Assembly (NCBI GenBank): GCA_030704615.1 | Contig: CM060731.1 | Location: forward strand, 84,630,001-84,694,000 | Source: Takakia lepidozioides | Lineage: Eukaryota; Plantae; Bryophyta | DNA: 64,000 bases | Reading direction: 5' to 3' | Part shown: piece after piece, positions 1 through 12,200 of the stretch | How positions within the stretch are numbered: position 1 is the stretch's first letter | Layout: the number at the start of each line of letters is the position of its first letter | Notes under the pieces: generated by a model | Database searches by the model: none | Seen by the model: the letters and a program-made list of their open reading frames with translations, nothing else | What the model was told of the DNA's origin: nothing | Program-made: the position numbers and the translations under genes

Positions 1-460
1 GAGTTTAAATTTCAGTCTTGTGCCAAGGGTAGGTAGACCCTTGAGATCATCCTTAAGGTCCTCACCCATGTCACAGACTGGAAATGTTCAGGAAGTTTTA
101 TGCCTAACCTCACTTTCATCAGACAGTCTTTGGGCATCAGACACGGCTTTGGACACAACCCCATCCAGGTCTGCTTCCTCCATAGGGTCAACTCTTCTGG
201 ACTGATATTCAGATACTTGAAAATCTCTTCTACCATTTTCCGCCAAGACTTAGCCTGTTTAACAGGACGGTCTTGCTTCCAAGAAATAGCGTCGATTATC
301 TCAGGTTATCCGGTATTGGGCATGCGATTCAATTGACCCCACCATCTGACCTTGAATTCATCATGTCCAGAGCTTAAGGGAGGTGTCACCCCAAACAGCC
401 ACAGCAGCTGTTCTAGAACAAGCCGACATGCTTTTTTTGAGGACCGCGACTTGAATGGAT
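1..460 (-). mobile_element. LINE 3' fragment, second diverged copy in tandem with the 609-2110 LINE
   Basis: 1-~450 aligns by eye with ~905-1360 (e.g. catgcgattcaa..gaccccaccatctgacc; peptides MSACSRTA.VA.WG and VEEIFKYLNI). It starts directly after the (CT)n tail of the first copy. Confidence 0.85.
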
Positions 461-467
461 CTGAGGG

Positions 468-2110
468 GGAGAGAGAGAGAGAGAGAAAGTCTCATTAGAC
501 GTTGTTTGCCACCCTGTGCCCAGTTTGGGCAGAATATGAGGGAACAGAGACTACTCAATCCAGTAGTGGAACTTACCTTGGTATAAACAATCAGTTCGGG
601 GATTTCCTCTAGAAATCCCGTCTCACAAGAATTAATGTGGTGTGTGTGAGCCCCCAGCAATTAGACCTCAACAGGGCCGGGGCTTCAGGCTCAACCTCAA
701 GATTTTGAAAGATGGTGCACAGTGCAGGGACAGTGTGTTTGGGGGTCCTTAACAGGGTCACTTTCTGATGAGAAGACACCGGACATGGTATCAGAAAATG
801 CATATTATCTTCAGGCCGCCCGCACAGTGGGCATTGACAATCTCCCTTTCCTCTCTGCATCTGTTTACTGTTCAGAGGTAGACTCCCCACCCCGAGTTTA
901 CATTTCCATCTAGTGCCGAGGGTAGGTAGGCCCTTCAGATCATCCTTAAGGCCCTCACCCATGTCACAAACTGGAAAGAAGTTCAGGGAAGTTTTATGCC
1001 CAACTTCATTTTGTTCGGACATTCTTTGTGCTTCCGACATGGCCTTAGACACTTCAGCCTCCAAGTCAGCTTCATCTATTAGGGTCAGTTCTTCCAGCCT
1101 AATATTCAGGTACTTGAAAATCTCCTCTACCTTTTTCCGCCAGAACTTAGCCTGTTTAACAGGACGGTCTTCCTTCCGAGAAATAGAGTCGATCATAGGG
1201 TATCTGGTATTAGGCATGCGATTCAACTGACCCCACCATCTGACCGTGAATTCGTCACGTAAAGAGCTCAAGGGTGGTAGGCCAAGCTCGCCCCAAATAG
1301 CTACATTAGCTGTTCTAGAGCACGCTGACATGCTCTCAGCACCGAAAGCTGAATGGACTCTATAGTTTTAGCATGTTTGGAGTTGCCATCCCACACTGCA
1401 GATGCCTACTCCAAGGTAAGCCTAATAACGTTGCAAATCACAGTCCTTTTAACTTCAGTATTTATCCCTCTGCAGTGGAAAAATTGAGTGAGACCCAAAG
1501 CCGTTTAGCTGTTTGAACCACATTTTGTATATGTGCATCCCAGTTACAGCTGTAAGAAAACTCAGCACCAAGATATGTGTAGGAAGGGGGCAGGGACATC
1601 TTCCCTGCCCCATGTCCATTTGAGATCCCCTCCTCCCTCCCCACAATCATCGAAGGCCACCGCCACGCATTTACTAACATTGGCTTCTCCACAGGTCAAA
1701 GTACCTCTTCGCACAATCAATCAACTCCTGAAGATTGGATGGGTATCCCCTAGGCCCGCAAAGTCATCCGCAAACATACGAGCTGGTACGGTGGCATCAC
1801 CCACCTTTAACCCAAATCCCTTGCTTTCCACATCTTCAAGGAGCTGATTAATGAAAACATTGAAGAGCAGTGGGGATAGGGTACAACCTTGAGCTACACC
1901 TTGGTCAATGTCAAAGAAATTAGACTTCTGGCCATTGAGAAAAACAGAACTTTTGCTGTTCGCATACAGGTTGTGAACCATCCTCCACATCTTTCCCCTG
2001 ACCCCAGAAGACCACAGTCGAAGCCACAGCCCGTTGTGCCATACCATGTCATAAGCCTTTTAACATCCAGGAAGAAGACAAAGGTGGGTTTTCCTTCTTT
2101 TTTACTTACC
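468..2110 (-). mobile_element. 5'-truncated, frameshifted non-LTR retrotransposon (RT plus C-terminal Cys/His finger; RTEX/CR1-group-like) in intron 2 of the AAA ATPase gene
   Basis: RT motifs FFLDVK, QGVAQGCTLSPLLFNVFIN, MFADDF and YTYLG. Downstream WGELGLPPL, WWGQLNRM and CPLCGRPEDNMHFLIPCP. Stop at 609, then a short 3' UTR and a (CT)n tail at ~468-487. Confidence 0.85.
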
Positions 2111-2305
2111 TGAATAGTCTGGCTTAGGGTAAAGAGATGGGACGCACCCTATTTCTCCAGAAGCCGCCTGACCTTCATGGAAAACACTTCTAGACTCCAA
2201 ATCAAAGAGACCGGTGCTTATTATCCTACAAAACAGCTTGCAAACTGCACTAAGTGCTACAGTAGTTTGCAGGCTCTTCCAGAGAGAGAGAGAGTGTGTG
2301 TGTAC

Positions 2306-3660
2306 CCAGCTTCTGGGCGTCGCCAAACCATTTGCTCATCAAGGTAGCAATCCGCACATTGATGAACACAGCTCGTGACTCTTTGGCGATGGCTTTCGCC
2401 AGCAGTGTTTTTCCTGTCCCTGGAGGACCAAACAGCAATACACCTTTCTGTGGGCGTAGAAGCTTGCCATGAGCAAACAAGTCTGGGCGCTGCAAAGGCA
2501 AAATGACCAATTCATGCAAAGACTGCTTGACAGCTTCAAGGCCTCCAATTGAATTGAAGGTGACATCAATATCTTCAGGATTGATCACATCACAGGCTAT
2601 CATGTCCTGCACCACACACCATGTCAAAATCTGTATTTAGAGATTCAAGAAAGAGCGTTCTCACTTAATTATGAAGACACTGTTGTCAAATCAATCTATA
2701 AAACACCTCAGAAAATCTGAAAACCTCGAATCCAGGGTCAAGGAATGGAAAAAAAAACAAGATGCCATACAGGCAACTCAGCTGATTCAACAGACCCACA
2801 GCATTCGCCAGTGCATTCTGGTAGATCAAGACAGCATGTTCAGAGTGATTGTGCTCTGGGTTGCACTGACCACATAAAATATGTGACTAATTAAGCTCCC
2901 CAAAACTTGCCTATACTACGAAATTATTAGGCAGCTGGCCTGCTCTCACTAGTTCTTTTGACTGTAGGGGTGCTGAAGAAACCCCATCTTCTCCTCTACA
3001 GAGTGGAGCATGCCTTACTAGAGCTGTAAGAAGGACTTCTGGGGTAAATTTGGAACACAAGATGCATCTAACTACTAAATATGGTGGGGCGAAGGAATGC
3101 AAAACCAGGACTATGAAACAGGAAAGCCATGGTACACATGTGCCCAGAGTCTATGCAGTATGTAAAGCATTTCAATGTCAAATTTCTCTCGCTGCCCTAG
3201 TGACTTTGCCCTTCAGGACTCCATATGATAATTCCAGGCTTAGTGAGAAAAAAAATCCTCACAGTGAACCTGATCTCTTTGCTATTGTGCTTGAATTGAT
3301 TCCTAAATGGCGAAATCATGGTACTTGCAGCTTCATAATAGAGGGAAAATTTGGTTGTGGCACATGAGCTCGTCCAAATCACCGCCGGTTGGTGACCACC
3401 GGGAAACCCTAGCTATTAGTAAGGAGGATACCAAGAACCGAAAGAAACCAAGGGCATACCTCATAAGTGTTTGTCTGGATGAGAGGGCGGCCGAGGCGCT
3501 TGGCAATCTCCTTCTTACGCTCTGCTGCCTTCTTAGCTTGTGCCCGGTTTGGATCCAAATGCCGCAATCCAACAAACAAAACCAGACAACTTAATGCCGC
3601 GCTGACTGCATAGAGAAACAACTCCTGTCCCACCGACGCCGCCCTGCTGCCAGCCCCCAT
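2306..3660 (-). CDS. Msp1/ATAD1-like membrane-anchored AAA+ ATPase; exons 3660-3460 and 2606-2306, remainder left of the window
   Basis: N-terminal hydrophobic anchor (LFLYAVSAALSCLVLFVGL), LDPNR..K motif, IGGLEAVKQSLHELVILPL, Walker A GPPGTGKT, and SKWFGDAQKL. GT/AG junctions keep the frame (YE|DM). Confidence 0.9.
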
Positions 3661-4388
3661 CAAATCTACCCCGTTCCTAGCTATCCGCCACACTCTCAAA
3701 CCTGTAATACATGAAGATCAGTCCCCCCTCGAACATCTGATTTGCTGCAAGTCAGCTGCTTTCCTCCTCTCCACCACATCACACCCCACGCACTGCCCTA
3801 ACGCAACAAGGTTTAGCCATCCCATGGCTATACCTCGCTCGCGTTTAGCCATAGTCTATCGACGTGGCCATGCTACTAGAGGCCCACGCGATAAAAGTAG
3901 CTTTCGCATAGATCGGCTCCTCCAAGTAATAAGTGATTTGGCAAAAGGTATTCCGTACCGCCTTCTTGGGCAGGACGTTATATGTATCCGTAGGAGCTCC
4001 GCTTGCTTGCTGCCATGGCTTGCCTGCTGTCAGGGCCATTACCCCAAAGAACAACGGGTAAGGATTGTTGCCGTCGACCGTCTTTGCGCGGTTAACAGCG
4101 ATGGAGAAATGTTTGTAGTGCACAAAACATTAAACTAGATGTGACGGGAGCCATTCCATCCCATGAGAGCAGGTGAAGCGACATACATGCATGGTACATG
4201 GCGCACAGGAAGGTGACACATGCATGTTAAACATCCTAGAAGGGCCCGCAAGAGAGAGAGAAATGTGGCGCTTTGGGTAGCCATCGTGAGGGAGACGTCC
4301 TGCATTCCAGCTATCGAGAGTGAGAGTGAGAGTGAGATTGAATGTGAGTTAGAATAAGGCAGGGAGAACCTAACAACGGTAGCGCACG

Positions 4389-5256
4389 TGTCACACACCT
4401 CACTTCGGTAAGCTCCCCTTCAAGTCATAGTTACTCGCTTTCATGCGCGCGCCTAACTCCCAAACTGGCCGCTGGGCCAACTCGGAGCTTCGGCTGCTCA
4501 CCGGGACATAACGGCCCCCCTGTGCTCCTCCACAAGATCCTCGCTCACTTTGGGCCTAGTGGAAATTCCTTTTGGTTGTTGGCAATCCGGAACAGCTCCC
4601 CACACCTTGGTCGCTTTCCGGCTCGCACGCTTACTCACTAGTTTTTGGTCACCAACGGGCTTACACCGTTCTCGGGGTTATTACTCCATATATATACTTC
4701 TGTGACTGTCCGCAGGGGTTTCACAAACAACACCGTCCTTTTATGGCGAACCATCACGAAGACCCTTGACTCTCGGTGATGAGTCGCGGTGAGTCTTGGC
4801 CCACCCACCACGGCCCCAATGGACCATGATGAGTCTCAAGACTCCCCACGACTCCCACCACAAGGTCTCCGCCCCATGGTGAGTCCTATGTCACCCCCAT
4901 TAAGACCCACTAAGCTACCACCACCCCTCGTGGAACCACCCCCACCGCAACCCGGTGTGCGAGGCTCTACCTAGTGAGTGCCTCTGCCTTCTTGAGTGCC
5001 TTGGGCACTCAAGGGTGCTTCAGCCCCCATACCTATTGTTACCACTGCCCCCACCACAGGGGCAGCCCCTCTTGTGTCCCGACCCCCTGCCCTCAAGGCA
5101 AAGGGTCGCGAAACATACCCCTACCAACAGGGAGTCGATGTCCTCATCGACTTGTCCATTTTGTAGAAACTAACATCCAAGTTGTGACGTCCCACATCAA
5201 GGAGTTTGTTTCCGTACCATGGGTCCCATGGCAAAGAACCAAACCCCTACTTGACT
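4389..5256 (-). mobile_element. Truncated chromovirus remnant: 3' LTR, PPT and ~140 bp of internal sequence, same family as 46460-53429
   Basis: Its reverse complement matches 52560-53429 throughout, including the gaagtgaggtg.g.gaca end and the ggtagggg PPT. The ORF-track peptides are near-identical (MSASA.LSALGTQGCFSP). Confidence 0.9.
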
Positions 5257-7094
5257 GGGGGATGCTATTCTGTGAGTAGATCCCGCGAGCAGAAAAATCC
5301 GTGAGCAGAAATCTGCTCACGCTTCAGGATCTGCCCACCTATAACCGCGGGCGCCTACTCGACTTAGAAGACCTATTACTGCGCATAGTGACCAATATTA
5401 CAAGCTCGGTTATGGATGCTGCTGGGATGAATGAAGGATGAATGGCGGATGAATATCTGTATGATGAATGAGACATGGATGAATGAAATAAATGAAATAA
5501 TACAAAGTTGTTTTGTAGTAGTAGCTCCGAAATCCCCCGATCTCCGAAATCCTTTAAACCATGCTAGTCTTGCTTGCAAATCAATTGTGAAAGTGCAGTG
5601 TATTTTGCCAACAATGAATCCACATTGCTTTGTGGATTGAGGAGGGGTTACTTGTCATTTTCCCAGGTATCCAAGGTTGAGAGAAATGCTCACACCCAAA
5701 TCTAAATAAGGCAGAGAGGTGAACTCGTGCTTTATAAATAAACATTTCAAAACACGTACTGGGAATTAAGATGTCGTTTAATCCCCAACACCTACACACA
5801 CACCGCCTTACCACCAAGGCTTGTTCGCCATCAGATTTTTTTGGGTGAATTTTTTTGGGGTTTTTGATTTTTCCATGAATTGTCATATGCCGACTCGTAC
5901 TGGGAATTAAGATGTCGTTGACGACACCTTAATCCCCAGCACCTGCACACACACCGCCTTACCGCCAAGGCTTGTTCGCCATCAGATTTTTGTGGGTTGA
6001 ATTTTTTTGGGATTTTTGGTTTTTCCATGAATTGTCATGTGCCAACTCGTACTGGGAATTAAAATGTCGTTGACGACACCTTAATCCCCAGCACCTGCAC
6101 ACACACCGCCTTACCGCAAAGGCTGTTCGCCATCAAATTTTTTTGGGTTGAAATTTTTTGGGTGATTTTTTTTGGGGTTTTGACGACACCTTAATCCCCA
6201 GCACCTGCAGACACACCGCCTTACCGCCAAGGCTGTTCGCCATCAGATTTTTTTGGGTTGAAATTTTTTGGGTGATTTTTTTGGGGTTTTGACGACACCT
6301 TAATCCCCAGCACCTACACACCGCCTTACCGCCAAGGCTGTTCGCCATCAGATTTTTTTTGGTTGAAATTTTTTGGATGATTTTTTTTGGGATTTTTGGT
6401 TTTTCCATGAATTGTCATGTGCCAACTCGTACTGGGAATTAAGATGTCGTTGACCACACCTTAATCTGGCACATTCGGGGAAAAAGAAACAAAAAAAAAC
6501 AGATTTTTTTATTTTTTATTTTTTATTTTTTTTCTTAAAAACTTGCTGGGAATTAAGAAGTCGTTGATGACACCTTAATCCCCATCTGCACACACACCGC
6601 CTTACCGCCAAGGCTTCTTCACCTGAAAGTTTTTTGGGTTGAAATTTTTTTGGTTGATGTTTTTGGGAAAAAAAATTCGGGGATTTTGGTTTTTCCGTAA
6701 GTTGTCAACTCGTACGGGGAATTAAGATGTCGTTGACGACACCTTAATCCCGAGCACCTGCACACGCACCATGGTTCATTCATGTCGCTCATTTTTCATC
6801 CAAAAGTCATCCAACATTCATCTATTCCTTTTTTCATTCATCTCAAAACCATTCATCCGGCAGCTTTTAATAGCACATTCGTACCATATGGTCGTCACCT
6901 AGCAAGGATTCTTCTGTCGGATGGGGTGGAGATTGCGTCCGTGCAGTGTAGTTTTTGTCCACGGCAATAGGCCATCTTCTTCCCTCGGTTGTAGGCTCCC
7001 ATTCACTAATTTGCTCACGCTTAAGGGATTTTGCTCATGTTTACCACTTAAAGCGTGAGCGTGCTCACGTGAACTGCTCACATGATAGCTACCC
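5257..7094. mobile_element. Non-autonomous TIR element (Mutator-like) filled with tandem repeats
   Basis: Left end GGGGGATGCTATTCTGTGAGTAG versus reverse complement of right end GGGTAGCTATCATGTGAGCAG. Both resemble the TIR of the 43866-58846 MULE. No TSD seen. Confidence 0.55.
5755..6770. repeat. Tandem repeat array, ~115-190 bp units, ~7 copies
   Basis: Recurring gacgacaccttaatccccagcacctgcacacacaccgccttaccgccaaggc..gttcgccatcagattttt with variable T-rich segments. Confidence 0.9.
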
Positions 7095-7610
7095 TCATCA
7101 AAATTGCTTACCATTTGTTATTGCCTCAGGTTGCTATGTCTCACAAAATGTTGGCCAAATGGCCCCATCTAAAATTCTCTACTGCATCTTGGAAGGCTGT
7201 GTGGAAAGATGTTTGGTTGAAATTCCGCCCATCCAAATATAATGCCTTCATGTGGCGTCTTTGCAACAAAATTCTGTCTTTTTCTTACCATAGATCCCCC
7301 CCCTCTTCTGCTCTTCCAGTTCTCTTCGAACTCCAGAGACATTAGAGCATGCTTAGTTTGGTGCACATTTGCCCAGGCGGTCTGGTTCAAAATTTGTCTT
7401 TTCTTTCTTCCTTGGAAATCTCTCCCCACTAATGATCTCCATCTCCTCTTGTTCAATGTTCAAGGATGCATAATTTGGTGCTCTGACCAGGTTTGGTGCT
7501 CCCTCAGGGCCATTTCTTTTTGGAGCATTTGGAAAGCCAGATGTTCTTTTATTTCTGATGGTAAACACATCTCCATCTCTCTCACTCTTTGCAACATTTA
7601 CTCGGACTAA
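7095..7610 (+). mobile_element. Degenerate L1-type LINE 3' fragment (zf-RVT region)
   Basis: WKAVWKDVWLKFRPSKYNAFMWRL, followed by C.FAQAVW and WSIWKARC. Both are typical plant L1 C-terminal motifs. Confidence 0.7.
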
Positions 7611-8429
7611 TCGAGGGGAAAAAAAACGTGGGGTATGTTGTTGGATTCAGTATGCAGATGTGGTGAAAGCCGAAAGCGGGCACTCCTTGCCAACTTTGAC
7701 CCCGATTGGGCCAGAAACGGAGTTCTCTGCCAACAACAACCCGCTTCCCACCTTGTCTGGTCCCATTCCTTCCCTCCAGGATGGGGAGCCTCCTAGTCCC
7801 TGGAGCTCCCCTGTGGAGGAGGATGATATGCACGTCAAATGGCGTCACCCTGAAAAATCGTCAATCCAAGGTTCAAGCTCACTTGAATTTCGAGCCGCTT
7901 CACCGTAAGCGTTGAGCTCTCTGCAGTTGCCATGGTTGTCTTGGTGCCACCTTTGGGCCAGCTCGAGGCCTCAGTTCTTTTTTTAGTTACTACCTTATTT
8001 GTTTTGGTTCATTCTTTCTGCTCCTCCTTTTTAGCTTCCGCACCGCTGCAGCAGTTTAAGGCTTCTTTTTTCAATCCAACTCCCTTTACTTCCTTAGTCA
8101 CTTTGGTCGCTTCTTTCCTTCCTTTATGCTTGTGTCTTCTTCGCCTATAAGACTGAGCTCTGTTTCTCGTTCCAAGACCAGGTCTAGCTAGCCTTGTCCT
8201 CTAACTAATGTTTTAGCTTCAACCCTCGGGGTTTGTTTTGGGTGCCACCCGATCTCTATGATGTACCCTCATGGTTTTCTGACGCTGGTTATTTTTCCAG
8301 CTCGCCTCCGTCCATTTTCTTTAAAAAATAAGATTAAAATATTAAAAACTAGGTGGCGCCACTAGCCTTGGTGCCAGTACAAGTAGGTTGATTTATTGAG
8401 GGACGCGGTCCTATGGCATCGCTTTGTGT

Positions 8430-8585
8430 ACCAAAGGTGAAAGCATGTAAATTTTAAGGGATTTAAGAATCTATTGGAGAATATTTAGTGAACAAGTAGA
8501 TGAAGACATATGCATCATTAAATCAACCCTCATAATCATCTACAACCACTCGTGGTTGATTTAGTGGGGGTTGTCGATGATAGTT
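8430..8585. repeat. Dispersed ~150-200 bp repeat (MITE-like); inverted copy at 22380-22560
   Basis: aatcaaccctc..aatcatctacaaccact.gtggttgattt and taagaatctatt.gagaatatt match the reverse complement of 22380-22560. Confidence 0.7.
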
Positions 8586-9289
8586 GATTACATGGGCATT
8601 TGGTATTCCTTACTTGGGAACTGCGGTGTCACCGTGCCTGCTTGTCTTGCGGATTTGCTCACGCAATGCTGCCAAATTCCGCTGGCAGTGTGTGGCATCA
8701 TTAGCAGTGTAATAACTAGCAGCTGGGCTCGCAAGAATGGCAACCGTGCTGCAAAATGTCCGGCTTAAATCGGCAAGGGTCTAATAGAAAGGTAAGGGTT
8801 GATTAGCGTAGGTGGAGACGGACAGGAGGACAATGCTTATGCCAGGTATTGTCGATCTGTTTCTAAGAGTGGCAAGGAAGAAGGTTACTGCCTGCCCAAG
8901 TGTCGAGCTCAAGGCATAACCCAGCTGAGCTTATGGAGTGTTGCAATACGTCTTCCACCCAAATATCCTCTTCCACCAGCTCAAATTTTTCATCAACTGC
9001 AGCACTGTTTGTTTGTGCCGCAGCAGACCGCTGGAAGCACTTCGAAGTGAAGATGCGCTCAGTTTCCTGTCCTGATGGTGCTACCTTGGTTTGCTTTGGA
9101 TGGATGTCGATACATATTCTCTGTAGGTGCTCTATGGAGTCAGATAGGCCGAGATATCCCTGGACTGTCGTCATCGAAGTAAAGGGCTCCCGGAGGATGC
9201 TGGAGAGCGCCTGACACGGGGACATCAGAATGGATAGAGGGACGTAGGCGGCTGCTGGACAGCACCGCCGCGGGCACAGTACCGGCAGC

Positions 9290-12200
9290 ATGGTGAAGGA
9301 GAAGGACGAAGACCTGGCCTTGTTCAAGGATATGCGCAACAGGGAGCACACTCAGTTCTTGCATCCAAACACTCAGGACCTCGAAGCCTCTCTCTGTATG
9401 CCTTCCTCCTAGCCACTCATCCCCTATCTCCTTTTCATCCCCCCTCCCTTTGTCTTTTTGGGTATCTCCGTGTCCGCGACTGCGCTCTTTCAGCCGTCTC
9501 GGGACCATGCGCTCAGAAGTTTTGTGGCAAGCATTTGCAAGTTACAATCAGAAAGACAGATTTTTTCCAAGCACCTCATGCCATGTTTAGTGTCAGGTGT
9601 AGGCCGGGCAGAGAGAGAAACTCAGGCGAGGCCAAGGAAAGTTGGTCACGCATTCTGGCACTATTCGTGATTGATAATACCACCGAGAGCTAACAGTGGA
9701 AGCAGATAGCCGTTGCACGGTGGGCAGGGCAAGTAGGTGAACCACAAAACCAATGAAAATGATGTGATGTGAAGGTGGAGAGGTTGAAGGCTGAGGGCAG
9801 CATAGAAGGTGTAAGATTGAGTCACGGTCACATACGGACATGGCAGATATATGAAAGGGGTTTTTGGACGGCCTCTAGAGTGGAGGGTTTATCCTCTCGA
9901 TTCTTGAGCATTGTACATACTATCTGGCTCATTTTCATTGTCAAGTTGTGTAATCTTCTCTGGACACACTGTGTCCGAGGGAGAATGGGTGTTTGTCATA
10001 ATACCCAAATTATGGTCAATTCTTACATACAATCCAGTACATTGCTTTAGGAAGGCAGAGTGGCCATCTGTGAAAAAATCTAGACATGAGGAGAGGACTA
10101 CAAGTGGATAACATGGTTGGCGTAACTTGAAAAATGGAGGAAATGATGACTGTCATGGGAGGGAGTGAGTTATTAACTGAGATTTGTGGTTTCTGTTGTA
10201 GCCACAAAGTTTGGTGGACTATCAGGATACCAAGGTGCAGCACCCCCCATCAAACGAAAAGGAGTGGGCAGTGACTTGCTCAATTCTGATATAGACAAGA
10301 ATGACTATGACTGGTCAGCTTCTTCTTCCTATATGTTTGTGGTTTGCTCAAGTCTGTGTACACTCAACCTCTTCCTTTCAGCCTTTAAAACTACTTTCAC
10401 CTCCTAATAGTAACCTGCATCAATAGGATGATGAGCATTTGCAATGGAGTCGTAAAAAATAGGAAAGCTGGTTTCCAGGATTTTCTAGCTAGATATCCAC
10501 ATTTTATCTCCAAGAAGGTCTGCAGTATGATGTAATTTAGTGTGGAAGCAAAAGCTTACAGTTCAACTGTTGGTAACCTTGTTTTGATGCAAAGTATGTC
10601 TGTCTATACTGTAATAGGATTCTAACCTATCAAAAATATTGCACTTATCTCAAAACTGAAATGTGGCCTTTTCTCAATCAAAGCCTGTTACATAGGTGTA
10701 CAACCAAGAAGTTTTGCAGTAGCTCTTGACATTGCCCCCCTTCAAACAAGTCCTGTTTCTTCCTATCTTCTTGGACCCTTTAAGCAGCAAGTTCACTTTC
10801 TCTCCCCCTCTCTCTCTCTCTTGTCCCTTTCCGGCAAACAACGGCAAACGTCTTATGAGTACATTCTCTTGTCCCTTTCCTTGCCTTGGAAGTCTGGTGA
10901 CGTTAATGTTTTGATGACTAAGGGAAGTGCATATGACCTGGGGTTGTTCTGATACTACAGGCTATTGACACCCCCAGCCACACCACTCTTTCCATCACTG
11001 GATAACGAATCAGCAGCTTGTATCTCCTTGCATCAAGCTGTTCTGAAGAATTCCTCTCTCTCTGCCATCAAGACATCAAGAGTAAGTTTCCATCTGAATG
11101 CCAGTTTGGTCTTCCACTGCACACTTCAGGAGGTTTTCCCAGCTTACTATTGTTCACAAAGGCGTGCAAGATGTTTAAATCTGTTGACCTTAAGGCTCTT
11201 TCTGAGATATTCTGTGTGGATCCGCAGATATCAAGCGGCCGATCAGACCCTTCTCCAAAAGCCACACGAGGCAATCCAAGCCCTCGTAGGGCGAGCAGTG
11301 GAAGCCCGTTTCATAGCAATTCTAGATCACGAGCATATCCAGCACCTGCTGATACTCATAACTCCCCGCCTTCCACGCCAACCAGATCTTCCACCCCTAC
11401 GAGACCTTCAACACCTACAGCAAGGCTGTCCTCTTGTATGCCTAGGCACTCAAATCCATCAGCAAGGACCTCCACCCCTACAGCTAGGCCTTCCAGGCCT
11501 TCTACTCCTACAGGTAGGCCCTCCACTCCTACACTGCAACGGTCAAGTTCAAGCCCTGTAAGTCGTCGGCTGTCTGCTTCTGCTAGGACTGGTCCTTCTC
11601 CTACTAGAGGCACCAGCTCAACTGGCTCAAGAGCCGCCCGAGGATGCTCCCCTGTCAGAGGCAGCAGCCGGGGAAGCTCTCCGGCAAGATGCAGCAACCC
11701 AGCACCTGCAAGGGGCCGGTCATCATCACCAAGGGTGCATCCTGCCTTGCCAGATGACTTCCTGTCTGAGACCCCCCCAAATTTGCGCACCTTAGACCGA
11801 CCCACCTTAGCTCCACCAAGGCCTGCAGGGTTTAACAGTGGTAGGGTGCTAACCTCTGAAGGTCTAGAAAGAAATGGAAAGTCCCGGGGCCATGCCACCT
11901 CCCTGACTTTTTTCTGGAGCCATAGCTCCAATAGCCAGGACCAAGAGCGCTCCAGTTTCCAGTCTAGTCGCGCATCGTCTGACGATGACAGTAGTTTTGA
12001 GGCATCTTCGCAGTCTGTGGTATCGAGCAGGAGAGTCACCCCGGAGTGGACAGGTTATGGACGGCGGTCGGCAGTACCGAAAGAAGACCTCCTGTATCCG
12101 CGCACAAGCCTGCAGGTGAAGCAACCTTTGTCCCAAGGAGATTTGCCTCACACCTCATTTTCCAGAAAGTCTCTGGACTCTACTTCACGCCAGTTGGTAA

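Noticed and set aside
4389-5256. Solo LTR from LTR-LTR recombination
   Set aside because: It retains the PPT and internal sequence and has no TSD, so it is a truncation.
5755-6770. CRISPR-like array or repeat-protein gene
   Set aside because: The variable parts are homopolymer slippage variants of one unit, and the ORFs are by-products of the repeat.
11356-12039. 227-aa antisense ORF and other shadow ORFs over BPP, IRKI and gag-pol
   Set aside because: These are antisense shadows of low-complexity or GC-rich coding sequence.
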